Made by a program: the position numbers and the translations under genes. This document shows positions 36,100 through 49,096 of a DNA stretch of 64,000 nt, one piece after another. Source of the stretch: Neoechinorhynchus agilis (Eukaryota; Animalia; Acanthocephala); NCBI GenBank assembly GCA_051530055.1, contig JBMGUZ010000006.1, positions 35,635 through 99,634 of the forward strand, written 5' to 3'. The notes under the pieces were generated by a model, which saw only the letters and a program-made list of their open reading frames with translations, made no database searches and had not been told where the DNA came from. Each line of letters begins with the position of its first letter. The stretch's first letter is position 1.

Positions 36100-38640
36100 A
36101 TTTTGGATAAAAATAAAATAGTCAGATCTTTATTCAATGCCATATTTGATTCCGCTGATAAGAACTTGATCTTTTTAACAAATCTAAACTTTGTCAATAT
36201 TGGTTGCCAAAATCGCGGTTCAAATTTTGTCAAATTGTACCAAATAAGGGTTTGAAGTTATATTTATCAGTATTCCAATATTTATACCTAAATTTTCAAT
36301 AAGAGTTTAGTTTTGTAAAACATATTTCGAATTTTTCCAATGTCTCAAAAATCGGGTATTCGGAGTCCTACACCTACATTTTTCCAAACGTTTCGGTCTG
36401 ATAGATAATAAGATATTTTTGGATTTATATCCAGACGAGCTTCTCGTAGTTTTCCTCTATTTTCAGTAAGCAACTTTTTAATATCTCCAAGGTTTTCAGA
36501 AATTTCGTTAAAAAAAAGGAAATATCAATTTCAGATCCATTTTTAAGCCTGAAGTTTTTGAATAAAAAAGGCATAGCTACCACAAAAAAGATTGGTGATA
36601 AAGATGAGCCTTGAGGGACTCCATGAACACGATAGAAAATTCTCTTATCCTTATCAAGCTCAAAAAAAGTCCCCCTTTGTCTCTAATAGGATCATAGTAT
36701 GGTAGATAAGTTTTTTAGGCACTTTGACAAATCTTAAAGCCTTATAGATAAAAAAGCGATCAATTTCATCGAACGCTTTCGTTATGTCTAATTGTAGCAA
36801 CACGTTGACATATCGTTGTCTTTCTCTAGATAAATCCATTAATTGTTCCATCAGACTGTGGACACCTCTCTCTGGAACAAAACCGTGCATGAAAGGCGGA
36901 ATTAAATGATTATCTTGAACGAAATCTAAGAGCTTCCATGCCATCGCTCTTTCAATTATGGAAATGAGGGGTTCTTGAATGGAAATGGGCCTCAGTTTCT
37001 TGGCCTGCGTGATCTTTTTGCAAATATTTTTGGGAATCAAAATACGTTTGACCTTATTAATCTCCATTATTTGATAAATTCTCAAATTAAAACATATTTT
37101 CGAAATCATCACAGACTTAACCTCTTCGCTTATTAGTTTAAATATTGTCGGTGGAGGCGAGAACGTATTATGAGCCCATGAGTGACCCACCGACCAGGCG
37201 TTTATAAAATCAGCACCGGTAGAAAAATAATCACTCTCCTCCAAGTTATCGTTAAAATTAATGAGTCTTAAATATGGCGCGGGTCTGATTTCACCCATGG
37301 GGTAGTTTAACATCGATTTAACTGCTTCAGGATAGGAAGGGCACCCTATCCATGAACTTGCTTTGGACTTACAGTCCACAAATTTCTTATTTAAAATTAT
37401 ATTCCACCATTTTTTAGAGAAAGCTGCACATTTCAATAGATTTTTCCTCTCTTTTTTAATATCCTTCCAATAGAAGAGAAGTATTTTTTTAAATACTTGG
37501 GCAATTGAGTGATGTTCGCTTTCTCTAACTTCAATTTCTAATTTAATAAGAAATCCCAAATTGCGATCTTGACGACGCCTAAAGCCTGCGTTTCTAGTTT
37601 GTTTTAAGATCAACTCTGAGCTAAGCAGCACAGCTGATTAAACCTCATCATCAATGAGTCATGATTAACAATTGCGGTAATTCGTTCCAATAAAAATTTA
37701 TTAAAAAACAAAATAGATTTTGTGTTAATTTTATACGCTTTTTCAGAGACTCGGCCAGTGCTTGTGAAGAACAAAGCATCATGACCCAGACGCCAGCTCA
37801 TTCTCATTTGGATTTCCTAGGTGAATAAAGCATTCAAACCTTTACTTACTATTGCTCCATCTATAAAAGAGTGAAATCCTCGCGACCAATTGTGGAACGA
37901 GGGTTCTTGAGAGATAATGGTGGTATAGTTAGATGAGAATAAGCTTCTAAAGGCATTCAAGTAATTATTATTGAAGTCACCAATCATGATATCAGGCTTC
38001 CAAACTTCTAAGAGCTCTTTCATGACCTCTAATGATTTTCTAATGTTACACTTTGGATTGCGGTAGAAATTCACCCAAATTATTTTAAGGCCCGCAATAA
38101 GCTTCCTTATTTAGAAAGGGATTCAGGGATGATATTATCTGAATAACGTGCTCATTCGTATGAATTTCACAGATCATTTTCGCTTGAATATCGTTTCTCA
38201 AAAATGATTGTAAACCACCGGAGTAGTTTTTGCTATTTGATGGGTAGATGGGCTTAGTTAAAGAACATTCATAAATAGGTAAGCTAAATGATGGAAGGGT
38301 CCCTGTTTCTTTTAAAACCCTCCAAACAAATCATTATTGTCCTTTAACATGGATTCTAATTTATCTAAGTTCCTGGATTTTCCAATATTACATGTAAAAA
38401 ACGAACACTATCTGTTTGCATATACCTTCTTGGTCGGTCCTGAATCGGGTTCGGTAGCTTCCAGACTGGGAATAGACAAAGCTCTTTTTAATGCCTCCTC
38501 AACCTTCAACGTCGCCCCCTCCCATTCTAACCTTTTCTAAGGTTTCAATTAAGCTTTTTAAGGAAGTTTTCAATTCCTTACTCTCATTTCCTATTCCTGT
38601 TATTTTTTGAACCTTCAACGCCTCTTTCAAGCTTTTATGG
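36100..38640 (-). mobile_element. APE-RT LINE, left-arm copy (15-nt deletion removes LVYAD)
   Basis: ORFs 37817..38074 and 36660..37631 are identical to the right-arm copy. Confidence 0.8.
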
Positions 38641-38879
38641 GGAACTCAAATCTGCTCTACGAGCATTTTTTGAGAAATATATGCCGGATCCTGTCTCCAT
38701 TATCCCCATTGAACCATAAGGCATACGATATCACATGCGAGGAGGCAAAAAGTATTTGAATTTTTTCATTAACAGTGGCGAGAGTAGGATAATGGAGACA
38801 AGGGATCAGTAAAATATATTTCTCAAAATGCTCGGCAAGAGCCAGATTTGAAGTTCATCAAATTTTGATTTGCTAAAGA

Positions 38880-41430
38880 AAATGAGGGCTTGAAAGAGGC
38901 GTTGAAAGGTTTTCAAAATATTACAAAGGAGCTTGAAGCTATAGGAAATGAGAGTAAGGAATTGAAAACTTCCTTAAAAAGCTTAATTGAAACCTTAGAA
39001 AAGGTTAGAATGGGAGGGGGCGACGTTGAAGGTTGAGGAGGCATTAAAAAGAGCTTTGTCTATTCCCAGTCTGGAAGCTACCGAACCCGATTCAGGACCG
39101 ACCAAGAAGGTATATGCAAACAGATAGTGTTCGTTTTTTACATGTAATATTGGAAAATCCAGGAACTTAGATAAATTAGAATCCATGTTAAAGGACAATA
39201 ATGATTTGTTTGGAGGGTTTTAAAAGAAACAGGGACCCTTCCATCATTTAGCTTACCTATTTATGAATGTTCTTTAACTAAGCCCATCTACCCATCAAAT
39301 AGCAAAAACTACTCCGGTGGTTTACAATCATTTTTGAGAAACGATATTCAAGCGAAAATGATCTGTGAAATTCATACGAATGAGCACGTTATTCAGATAA
39401 TATCATCCCTGAATCCCTTTCTAAATAAGGAAGCTTATTGCGGGCCTTAAAATAATTTGGGTGAATTTCTACCGCAATCCAAAGTGTAACATTAGAAAAT
39501 CATTAGAGGTCATGAAAGAGCTCTTAGAAGTTTGGAAGCCTGATATCATGATTGGTGACTTCAATAATAATTACTTGAATGCCTTTAGAAGCTTATTCTC
39601 ATCTAACTATACCACCATTATCTCTCAAGAACCCTCGTTCCACAATTGGTCGCGAGGATTTCACTCTTTTATAGATGGAGCAATAGTAAGTAAAGGTTTG
39701 AATGCTTTATTCACCTAGGAAATCCAAATGAGAATGAGCTGGCGTCTGGGTCATGATGCTTTGTTCTTCACAAGCACTGGCCGAGTCTCTGAAAAAGCGT
39801 ATAAAATTAACACAAAATCTATTTTGTTTTTTAATAAATTTTTATTGGAACGAATTACCGCAATTGTTAATCATGACTCATTGATGATGAGGTTTAATCA
39901 GCTGTGCTGCTTAGCTCAGAGTTGATCTTAAAACAAACTAGAAACGCAGGCTTTAGGCGTCGTCAAGATCGCAATTTGGGATTTCTTATTAAATTAGAAA
40001 TTGAAGTTAGAGAAAGCGAACATCACTCAATTGCCCAAGTATTTAAAAAAATACTTCTCTTCTATTGGAAGGATATTAAAAAAGAGAGGAAAAATCTATT
40101 GAAATGTGCAGCTTTCTCTAAAAAATGGTGGAATATAATTTTAAATAAGAAATTTGTGGACTGTAAGTCCAAAGCAAGTTCATGGATAGGGTGCCCTTCC
40201 TATCCTGAAGCAGTTAAATCGATGTTAAACTACCCCATGGGTGAAATCAGACCCGCGCCATATTTAAGACTCATTAATTTTAACGATAACTTGGAGGAGA
40301 GTGATTATTTTTCTACCGGTGCTGATTTTATAAACGCCTGGTCGGTGGGTCACTCATGGGCTCATAATACGTTCTCGCCTCCACCGACAATATTTAAACT
40401 AATAAGCGAAGAGGTTAAGTCTGTGATGATTTCGAAAATATGTTTTAATTTGAGAATTTATCAAATAATGGAGATTAATAAGGTCAAACGTATTTTGATT
40501 CCCAAAAATATTTGCAAAAAGATCACGCAGGCCAAGAAACTGAGGCCCATTTCCATTCAAGAACCCCTCATTTCCATAATTGAAAGAGCGATGGCATGGA
40601 AGCTCTTAGATTTCGTTCAAGATAATCATTTAATTCCGCCTTTCATGCACGGTTTTGTTCCAGAGAGAGGTGTCCACAGTCTGATGGAACAATTAATGGA
40701 TTTATCTAGAGAAAGACAACGATATGTCAACGTGTTGCTACAATTAGACATAACGAAAGCGTTCGATGAAATTGATCGCTTTTTTATCTATAAGGCTTTA
40801 AGATTTGTCAAAGTGCCTAAAAAACTTATCTACCATACTATGATCCTATTAGAGACAAAGGGGGACTTTTTTTGAGCTTGATAAGGATAAGAGAATTTTC
40901 TATCGTGTTCATGGAGTCCCTCAAGGCTCATCTTTATCACCAATCTTTTTTGTGGTAGCTATGCCTTTTTTATTCAAAAACTTCAGGCTTAAAAATGGAT
41001 CTGAAATTTTAGTTTACGCGGATGATATTTCCTTTTTTTATCAGAGAGGTTTCTGAGAAATATCCCAGAGGCAATTAAAAGTTGCTTGCAGAAAATAGGA
41101 AAACTACTGGGGAAAGCTCATCTGGATATAAATCTCCAAAAATGTCTTATTATCCCTAACAACCAGACCAGAGCAACTAATCTTGGAACTTCAACACTTT
41201 TATCTAATTTTAGAGAGTTGCCGAAAGTTTCGAAAAATAGCAAGTTATTAGTATTCCAGGTCCCGTTATTTGGATACCCCAGGTACGAGTTGTTAAGGAT
41301 TCGAAATATGTTTTATAAAGCTAAACTCATATTGAAAAGGGGGAAGCGTTTAGGTATAAATGATAAAATGGTGATAAATATAACTAAAACCCTTATTTTT
41401 GGTACAATTTGTTTTTTATAAGAGGCAGAC
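38880..41430 (+). mobile_element. Divergent APE-RT LINE, right-arm copy, broken by stops and frameshifts
   Basis: Coiled-coil ORF1-like stretch (ENEGLKEALKGFQNITKELEAIG); APE motifs IMIGDFNN and SFIDGAIVS; RT motifs LRPISIQEP, HGFVPERG, LDITKAFD, GVPQGSSLSP, YADD at 41015-41026, LDINLQKC. Confidence 0.85.
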
Positions 41431-42217
41431 CACCAGAACAACGACTAATGATGTTTTTTTAAATCTTCCCGGTTGTTAAAAAGATCAAGTTCTTATCAGT
41501 GGAATCAAATAAGGCATTGAATAAAGATCTGGCGATTTTCCTTTTATCCAAAATATAATATTATAGCAGCTGTAAATACAAATTCGCAAAACTTGTTTTT
41601 AATTCACACAATCAAATGTGCCTGCAACTAATGAAAGCAAAGTTTTATTCAACTAATTTTAAAGAAATTATAATCCGAGAATTTCTTAAGAAAAACCTTG
41701 ATCATTTTTTAGAATCATTTGTATTCCCCTTCACAAACGGTGAGTTACCTTAACTGATCTTAGGACCATTTATAGGAAATGGAAGTATTCGAAACCAAAA
41801 ACGGCTAAATGCGCTTATTCTTTGTTTTGATAATTGCGCAGAGACACAAAACTGTGCGCAATAACGACTAAATCTCAAGCAATTGTACAAAAGGATTGTA
41901 ATGGAGGTTCTTAGAAAATGAATGACTGTAACCAGTATGAGTTAATAAATAAATAAAAAATGAACGCAGTTTGCTGCTTGTTTTAAGTCGAGATTTTCTT
42001 ACAGAACTGAGCCTTCGAATTGTCAGAATTTTATGGCGGTTGCATTGATTGTTGGCGATTATGTGGTCGTCGGTCCTTGAATTTCCGAATATGCAATACG
42101 CTTTTCAAATTGAGTATTTCATTTTTGCGTGGGTAACAGCGTCAGCCTATTCATTAAACGATCTCCCTCTTGTAATTCATTATAAGATCATCGATAGAAA
42201 GTCCTTCGGGATAATAA

Positions 42218-42381
42218 AATTACACTTTCGGTGGGAATAATCCCGGTCATTACATATTTTATTTATCCGAAATATTTCGCGAGGTATCCTCGCCTCTTCA
42301 GTCATCTAAAAATACCTCGCGGAATATTTCGAATAAATAAAATATGTAATGACCGGGATTATTCTCACCGAAAGTGTAATT
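42218..42381 (-). repeat. 164-bp fold-back hairpin, cleanest copy (67/70 arm matches)
   Basis: Arms 42218-42287 and 42312-42381, loop 42288-42311. Confidence 0.9.
42262..42311 (-). ncRNA. Minimal type I hammerhead ribozyme, family D
   Basis: TTTTAGATGA-CTGAAGA-G-GCGAGG ata CCTCGC-GAAA-TAT-T-TCGGATAAA: 6-bp stem II, ATAT palindrome, stem I with tandem G-A pairs. Confidence 0.7.
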
Positions 42382-43482
42382 ATAAGATCATTTCGGGATT
42401 TCTGTTACACCCTCAGTCGCTGATGATGGTTGAATGGAATTTTATCCCTTTTCAAACTAATTTTCAATCCCGACTAATCTCCCAATTAGCCTCCTTCTAC
42501 TTCCCATGCTTTTTCTTTTGGTTCTTGTACTGTGGAAGGAACGTTTTGGTCAGCAATATCTAAATTCGGCTTCGTAAAGTTCATATACCACAAACGAAAG
42601 AGCTCTAAAGAAATATTTTGAATTCAGGAGTAAATTTCGTCGACCTTAATGATCCTTCATCAAAGTCTTTGAAAGGAGTAATCAGGTCTACTGACTTGAT
42701 CGATATTATTTCATCGCATTACCCCACCTTCTCCTCGAATAATTCGACGACTTATTTTGATCTGTGCCTCAGGCCGAGAGCGTGATGGCTCACGCTTTTG
42801 GCATAAACCCAATCAGTGGTTTATCTTCGCACGGAAGATGATTTGATTATGTGGAACTTCGAGCACCACCAACTTTTAGGTAAAAGACGACCATCTCCAC
42901 CAGCTACAACCTTTTTCCCTTTCTCTTTGATGAGAAAAATACGCTTCGAGAGGTTCATAATAGCCCATTCGACAGGAGACGCACTGACCATAGCTTTAGC
43001 GATATCGGCGATGTTGACCTTGTCGAGTACATTCGTGGCTTTCAAACATATTGATGAGCCGTTATCGAAAATCTTATCCCTTGATCTCCACAATTGAACA
43101 ATATCAGAGGCTTAAAGATCATGGCGTCTTGGCTTGACAGGCAAGGAAACTGCATATAATGCTGGTAAGCATTCTCCAGAATGAAAGTCACAAAGAGTTT
43201 TGACCACGTTGTTGAGGCCCGAGGTTTTAATCCACGATGTAGCTGCTTGCTGCGAAGGAACGAATTTTTTCTTAGAGGCAACGCGATACCATTGAGAAGA
43301 GTTGGGAGGAGTGATTTGATTCTACCTCTATCCTTGTTCAGTTGGAAACGAGCTCTACAAGGCCAGTGTAATGCTGACCAGAATTTAATTCCTCCCGTAA
43401 AGGGAAAGAGCACGCGGGGTTTCATCGAAGCAATTAATTTGCCTAACTATAGTTAGGAGTCTACACCCGGTAAATGAGTATT

Positions 43483-43534
43483 TATTAAAGACGTTTCGAA
43501 GCTCGTCGGGTTCATCATCAGTTTGTTAGTAATA
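43483..43534 (-). ncRNA. Minimal type I hammerhead ribozyme, family C
   Basis: Same sequence as 378-429. Confidence 0.6.
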
Positions 43535-43989
43535 GACGGCTAATCACATTCCCCGGTACCTCACATATCGACATTTTTAAGCTTAGGATGTTCGCCGAGA
43601 ACTCTTCGAGCCCACTCCGAGGAATCAGTTTCCCACGTAGTAAAGACTTTAAGAAGAATAACAGCTTACATCCGAACTTCTCCTCGAATGGCAATACTTT
43701 AAAGTGATTTTATGATCTTTTTGCAATGCAAATTCTCTCTTTTAAGAATCGCTTCTATGGAACCTCATCATTTTTCTCTTCTACTCTTATCATTTGCAAC
43801 TTCGTGTACACGCTTACCAACGCTCTCATTAATTCAAATTTAGAACATAGGAGGATTGGCTACCACAAATAAAGAAATGGTGCGATATAAAAATCAAGTG
43901 CTCCCAAATATTTGTATGATTGTATAAGTGATAATGAGCCAAGGCCTTGTTCGAATATGAAACATTTTTAATTTCACGAACAGTTACAA

Positions 43990-45100
43990 AACTCGTCAGG
44001 ACGTTTCCCGTCTGGGCGGCAGAGATTATTTGGCTCCAGGATGCAGGGCACATGAATCGATCTCAGCGCTCGACTTATGATGGCATTGATTTCAGCATGG
44101 CGGGGAAAACGTCCTGGGGACCGCTTACATGGGAGTCCCTTGCTGTCCACTGTGACACCACATCGACATTTATGAGCGACGCAAATGTCCATTCCGAATC
44201 TGAGACAGTAAGCAATACGGAAGGTCTCATCATCCAGTAAAGTGCCCAAATTTGAGGATGGTAGAGCATCAAGCCAGGCTCCAGATTCTTTGGTCGAACA
44301 AGCAGCGAGAGGGATCCTAGCCACTTCATCCATCTGGTCTTGTAATTGAGATTGAACCCGATGAACGAGTGGAGAATCTTACGCTTGCGGTTCGTTGCTT
44401 TCTCTAGGTATCTGTGTTTGCCAGCTTAATGTTGTCCAATTTCACAAAGGCTCCATCGAAATGCTCCGCGTTGACCTCAGGAAAAATATTAGTTGAGTAC
44501 TTAAGACTAGCACAAATGGAGGCAAGGAAAGCCGGTAAAGTGACATCTTTAGTCTGTAGTAGTCCGGAACCCCCACTTAATGTCGGTAATGTAGCTTGTC
44601 TCCATGATGTATCGTCAAAGGCGATGTTTAGCATTTTCTCCAGCTCATCGCGCAATAGGCAGTCCAATTTATCGAGGTCGTCCGTGTTGTCGAAGGCAGG
44701 AACAGTCCTTAGTTTGTGCAGGAGCTTAGGCATGAAGAGGCAGTTCTTTATCAAGAAGATTGCTTCATGGCTCTTCAAATCCGATGTTCTCTTGCATATC
44801 AGCTTTAGCTCTGAAGCGGTCATTTCAATATCCTTTGGCAGATTCTCCTTCATCACGCAAGATCCCAATAGACGAAGCTTACTAAGATTAATGGTTTCTA
44901 TTCCTAGTGCAACCGATGAAAACTCATCCAATATAATTGACTCGTTTTTTCCATTCATGTTTAGCAGCAGAATTTGGCACTTTGTGAAATTGAGTTGCAA
45001 CCCCAGTTCTTTGGTTTTTTCTACGAGTATTTTAAAATCGTCCAGAACTATTGCTGCCGCGTTTGTCGCTATCGGACTTTACATCGTTGTCGAAAACTAA
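43990..45100 (-). mobile_element. CRE-like fragment (family B), right-arm copy
   Basis: HEAIFLIKNCLFMPKLLHKLRT; ESGAWLDALPSSNLGTLLDDETFRIAYCLRFG..CRCG..RFPRHAEIN..EPNNLCRPDGKRPD (truncated at the RLE active site). Confidence 0.85.
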
Positions 45101-48100
45101 CTGTTAGTGAACTTTTCAAACTTTCAGCGCTTGCTTTCTTCTCAAAAATATGAATTTTGGACGCATTATCCATTTTTTATTTTTTAAAAACCTATTGTTA
45201 GTCGTCGTATGCGCTTTTGAAGAACTTCGGAATCGTTTTTAGATTCTAATAACCAAGAAATAAGCGTTTACGTTTTGGTTTTTAATTTTTTTGTCAGTTC
45301 AAACCTTAAAATAATTATGTTCTTTACGTAACATTCAGGCGCATTGCATTTGGCTAATTTCAAAGCGAGAATCGATGTTTTATTCTTTGAATGCCGAATA
45401 AGTTTAAATCATAAATACGGACCGCTATGGCAAATTCGACGTTTCGGATTTTATGGACTTTTTCTTCCCATTTACACCAGCAAATAAAATAGAACAACAG
45501 TGCAATATTCTTCGTCCGTTTAACGATCCAAAATTAATGGTGAAATCTTTTGAACTGGATAAATAATTTATTGCTTCCGGTTTTTTATCGTTATGTTTGT
45601 TTATGGTGGAAATTGTGAAGGAGTTTTATTGCCTAAATTTTTGTGTCTACACGACGAAAGCTGAATCATTAAGCTCCATGGTGAAGAAACGAGATGAATA
45701 TGAAAGCTAACAGAATTACCCTCACCGAATGTTTGCCAACCAAACAAATTTGAAAGAAGAACTAAAGAACGCAAATAAGCTCTAAGGAGAGGCACCAATG
45801 CCAGTTCCGCGATACTGAACCATTTTGAGCAACAAGGCAAGGTTCCAAGGCTATTGGCGTCTTAGAAGCTTCAGTCGTAATTTCCGTTTTCTCGATATTT
45901 CTGTAAGCTCTAGCGTAGTCGTTTTAATTGACTCGATATCCAAACTTAAATTCGTCGTTCGGTGGTCGTCAAATATAACCTTTGGTTTCACATCGGCGCC
46001 TTTGAGTATCGATTTATGCTCTATTCCTTCAGTCTTCAGCTGAGCAGGAATCCCAGTAATGCTCACCCCTTTGACTATATTCTTTGTGTTTTTCTGAGAC
46101 GGTACCTCTGCTTTGCTCGCCTGAGATGGCAATGTTTGTGCTTCATATCCCTTGTAACTTTTATTCCACCTTGATTGATAATTTTGATTGCACCAGTTAT
46201 TTCCACATGGATTTGGGCCGAAATCGTACGACGGAGAATTTATCAATGCTGCACTTGGAGACGCCGAACTCTACTTTTTTTGCCAAAGATTTAGAATCGC
46301 CAGTTGAGCTTTTCATCTCGATTGCTTCGGTTCCTAGCGAAAATCCTACTTTAATTCGCGATTCCATTCCAGGTACTGATTCACCATACGAAGCGATCGG
46401 AGGATCCTTCTCGAGGAGAAATGTAGCTAAAATCTTTTAAGATAACTCGATGGTCTTTTTGTGTGAGTGTTTCTTATGTCTTGAACGACATCAGCAAACA
46501 ACATTTCTAAGTCGCTTTTGTTACGATTGTCGCATTTTAAAAATTTTATTGCTTTTTAATTTTACTTTAAACAAGCCTCATACATACATTACAACAAAAT
46601 TAACACACACATCGTCCTTTTTCTGATACATTTTATAAGAATTTCCGTAAGCGTTGATCAAGGCAGAAGAGCAAGACTAAATGTTGGATTAATATCAAAT
46701 CTCTCAGTGTTTCTCTGCTGTCTTTAGAAATATTTTAAGAGGGATCCAGTGCAATAAGGCTAAGAATCAAGCGCGAGACTTCTCAACTTCTCGCTTCTGA
46801 TAGTCGATATGCCCGCTTCATCACTGATCAATAGTAAGTATTATCGGATTATTTATCTGTAAAAACAGCAGAGCCCACTTTTACATACCCTCGAGGAGGG
46901 GAAAGGAGAAGAAAGCGAGGGCGATATGTTCGACATGGAAAAGGTGAATCAACCAAATCGATCAAAGAAGAAGAAAATGGAAATTGAAGTGAGGATCAAC
47001 GGATTACGATGCACCACGCAATTCGCCACAAAGGCGGAGGTGAGCACTTGTGGCACGGAATCGGGCGTCCAAAACTCCAGAGAAGGCGTGTTAAGGCGGG
47101 GATAAAAATAAACTAGTTAATGTGCCGTGTGACGGTTCAGCGCACAATCGTATAGAAACAACTAAGATCAGTTCGTCAGTCAAAAACATTCGCTTTTTCA
47201 ACTTGATGTTAGTCATTTTCTAAAAAAAATCCAGTTTAAAAATCGTAGCTGCTTCCGAACATTGTCAATATCTTTTTATAGCATTTTGATATTTGTGGAA
47301 AAATCCAATTTCAACTTTTCTAATGGTTTCAGAACTCCAGCAAAAGAATAAACCTTGGCGTTTAAAGATATTTCAACAGCTCCTTGGATTTCACGTTGAG
47401 AAATATTTTGAGTTCTTCAATTAGATCCAATAGTTTTGTCAGTACTTTCTCTTTCCTCAGCTTGTGAACTTCGGCACGCAGAACAAAATCACTATAATTG
47501 CTATCGTATTCTTGTAGCAATGTCTTAAAACTGTTTGTGATTTAAAAGATTTGCATGAATAAAGTTTAAAATTTTAACAACAATAGACATAACATTTTGC
47601 AGCTTATCGTCTTTAAGTTTTTAACACAAAGTTTGCTGGTGAATAATACAATGATAAGCTCGGAAAATCGTTATCGGCTACCAGGAACACAATCTGGCCT
47701 TTTCTCCGTCCAACCATTATTGACCGATAAGAACTTTCTCATAAAGTTATCATTGCTTAATAAAAATTCCTTCAGTGTCTTTTATGTATATCGTTGCCGT
47801 TTGTTAAATTTTGTGTTGGAATCAGTGCCAGCAATTCTTCTTTAAGTTTATGTTTTACATGAAATCTTACCCAAATTATGAGTTGTTCTGTGTCGATGCA
47901 TTCCTTAAGTCGAAATACAACTTTTGAATCGTATTGATTCATGGGCTAAGGAGTTCAACAAATGCGCGAGTTATCCAGATCAATAAATAAAGCTGGACAG
48001 CATAGTTAACGCGAGTTTTTAAATGATTGTCAATATAAATGTATACCAACGTTCAGTCTTTGGCGAAAGGTGGTAAGCGGTCACACAATTCCCTTCGCAT

Positions 48101-48638
48101 CCCATTATCCTCGGCTGTTCGAGAGCCACTGCTATCAGGCTCAGGATCATCATCAATCTCGACCGCGGAGGAATACTTGGTTCTTCCCATAAAAAGGTGG
48201 CCAGGTATATTAACGATTACTTCAAATCCGATCATGCGAAAGGATGCGATAATTTCACAATCTCTAACTCCTTGCATTCGATCATTCCATAACGAAGGAA
48301 TAAAGCACGTAGATGGAGTAACCTATTTCGGTGGAACATTAATAATTTATCTTAGAGATCAGAAATGGCTCCATAAACTGGAATTGTTCGCAGTCTCACT
48401 TGTCCAACGAAATCTTTCAAATATCTAAATCGTATCAGAAGGTCCAATTTTGGGCTAATGGCGTTAAGCCTACAATCAACGATGGGGCTAGAAACGAATT
48501 TGAGCTTCGTTTTGACATTAAGGTCAAACTTCTAAAATCTCGAAAAAATGGTCTTCCGATTTCAATTGCCTTAGTGGAAGGATCGCGACAGGTTCGGGAC
48601 GAGCTCTGCTATAAGCAATATGATGCCTTATCGAGAAC

Positions 48639-49096
48639 TCTACTTAGTATACAACGCCTATGCTTTTTCGAGGCAATAAAAAGAGTTAACGATATTCTTC
48701 AGGTCATTTCAAGCCAATGGTCGTCTTTCAAGGAAAATAACTACAATACCGCTTTTTAGACATATTGGAATATTTCACAGCGAAACACGAAAGCTTGAAA
48801 ATCTGTTTCTACGATCTTTGGACAGCATTTTATTAAAAATCGATAGAGACTTCTTGTTCGAAGAATGTCTACTTAGTATACAACGCCTATGCTTTTTCGA
48901 GGCAATAAAAAGAGTTAACGATATTCTTCAGGTCATTTCAAGCCAATGGTCTTCTTTCAGGAAAAATAACTACAAGACCGCTTTTTAGACATATTGGAAT
49001 ATTTCACAGCGAAACACGAAAGCTTGAAAATCTTTTTCTACGGTCGTTGGACAGCATTTTATTAAAAATCGATAGAGACTTCTTGTTCGAAGAATG
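48639..49096 (+). repeat. 229-bp tandem duplication of the hub module; the second copy continues into the PLE-A terminus to 49156
   Basis: tctacttagtatacaacgcc starts at 48639 and 48868. 48868-49156 matches ~1735-2024. Confidence 0.9.

Larger units (their letters stand above)
28985..48867. repeat. ~20-kb near-palindrome (inverted arms ~9.7 and ~10.1 kb) with a ~80-nt unpaired centre at ~38706-38786
   Basis: Mirror ORF pairs 38337/39198 and 36660/40875 (sum 77535), 32100/45840 (sum 77940), 29565/48428 (sum 77993). Confidence 0.9.

Noticed and set aside
6268-39718. TAG reassigned to Gln (in-frame TAG at IE*NGFR ~6268, P*LKSLK ~5910, LFT*EIQ 39716)
   Set aside because: The long ORFs (385, 381, 343, 281 and 266 aa) contain many Gln codons and no TAG. 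Other TAGs are clearly copy-specific mutations (CTCTAG vs CTCGAG at ~13835). Ordinary decay explains them.
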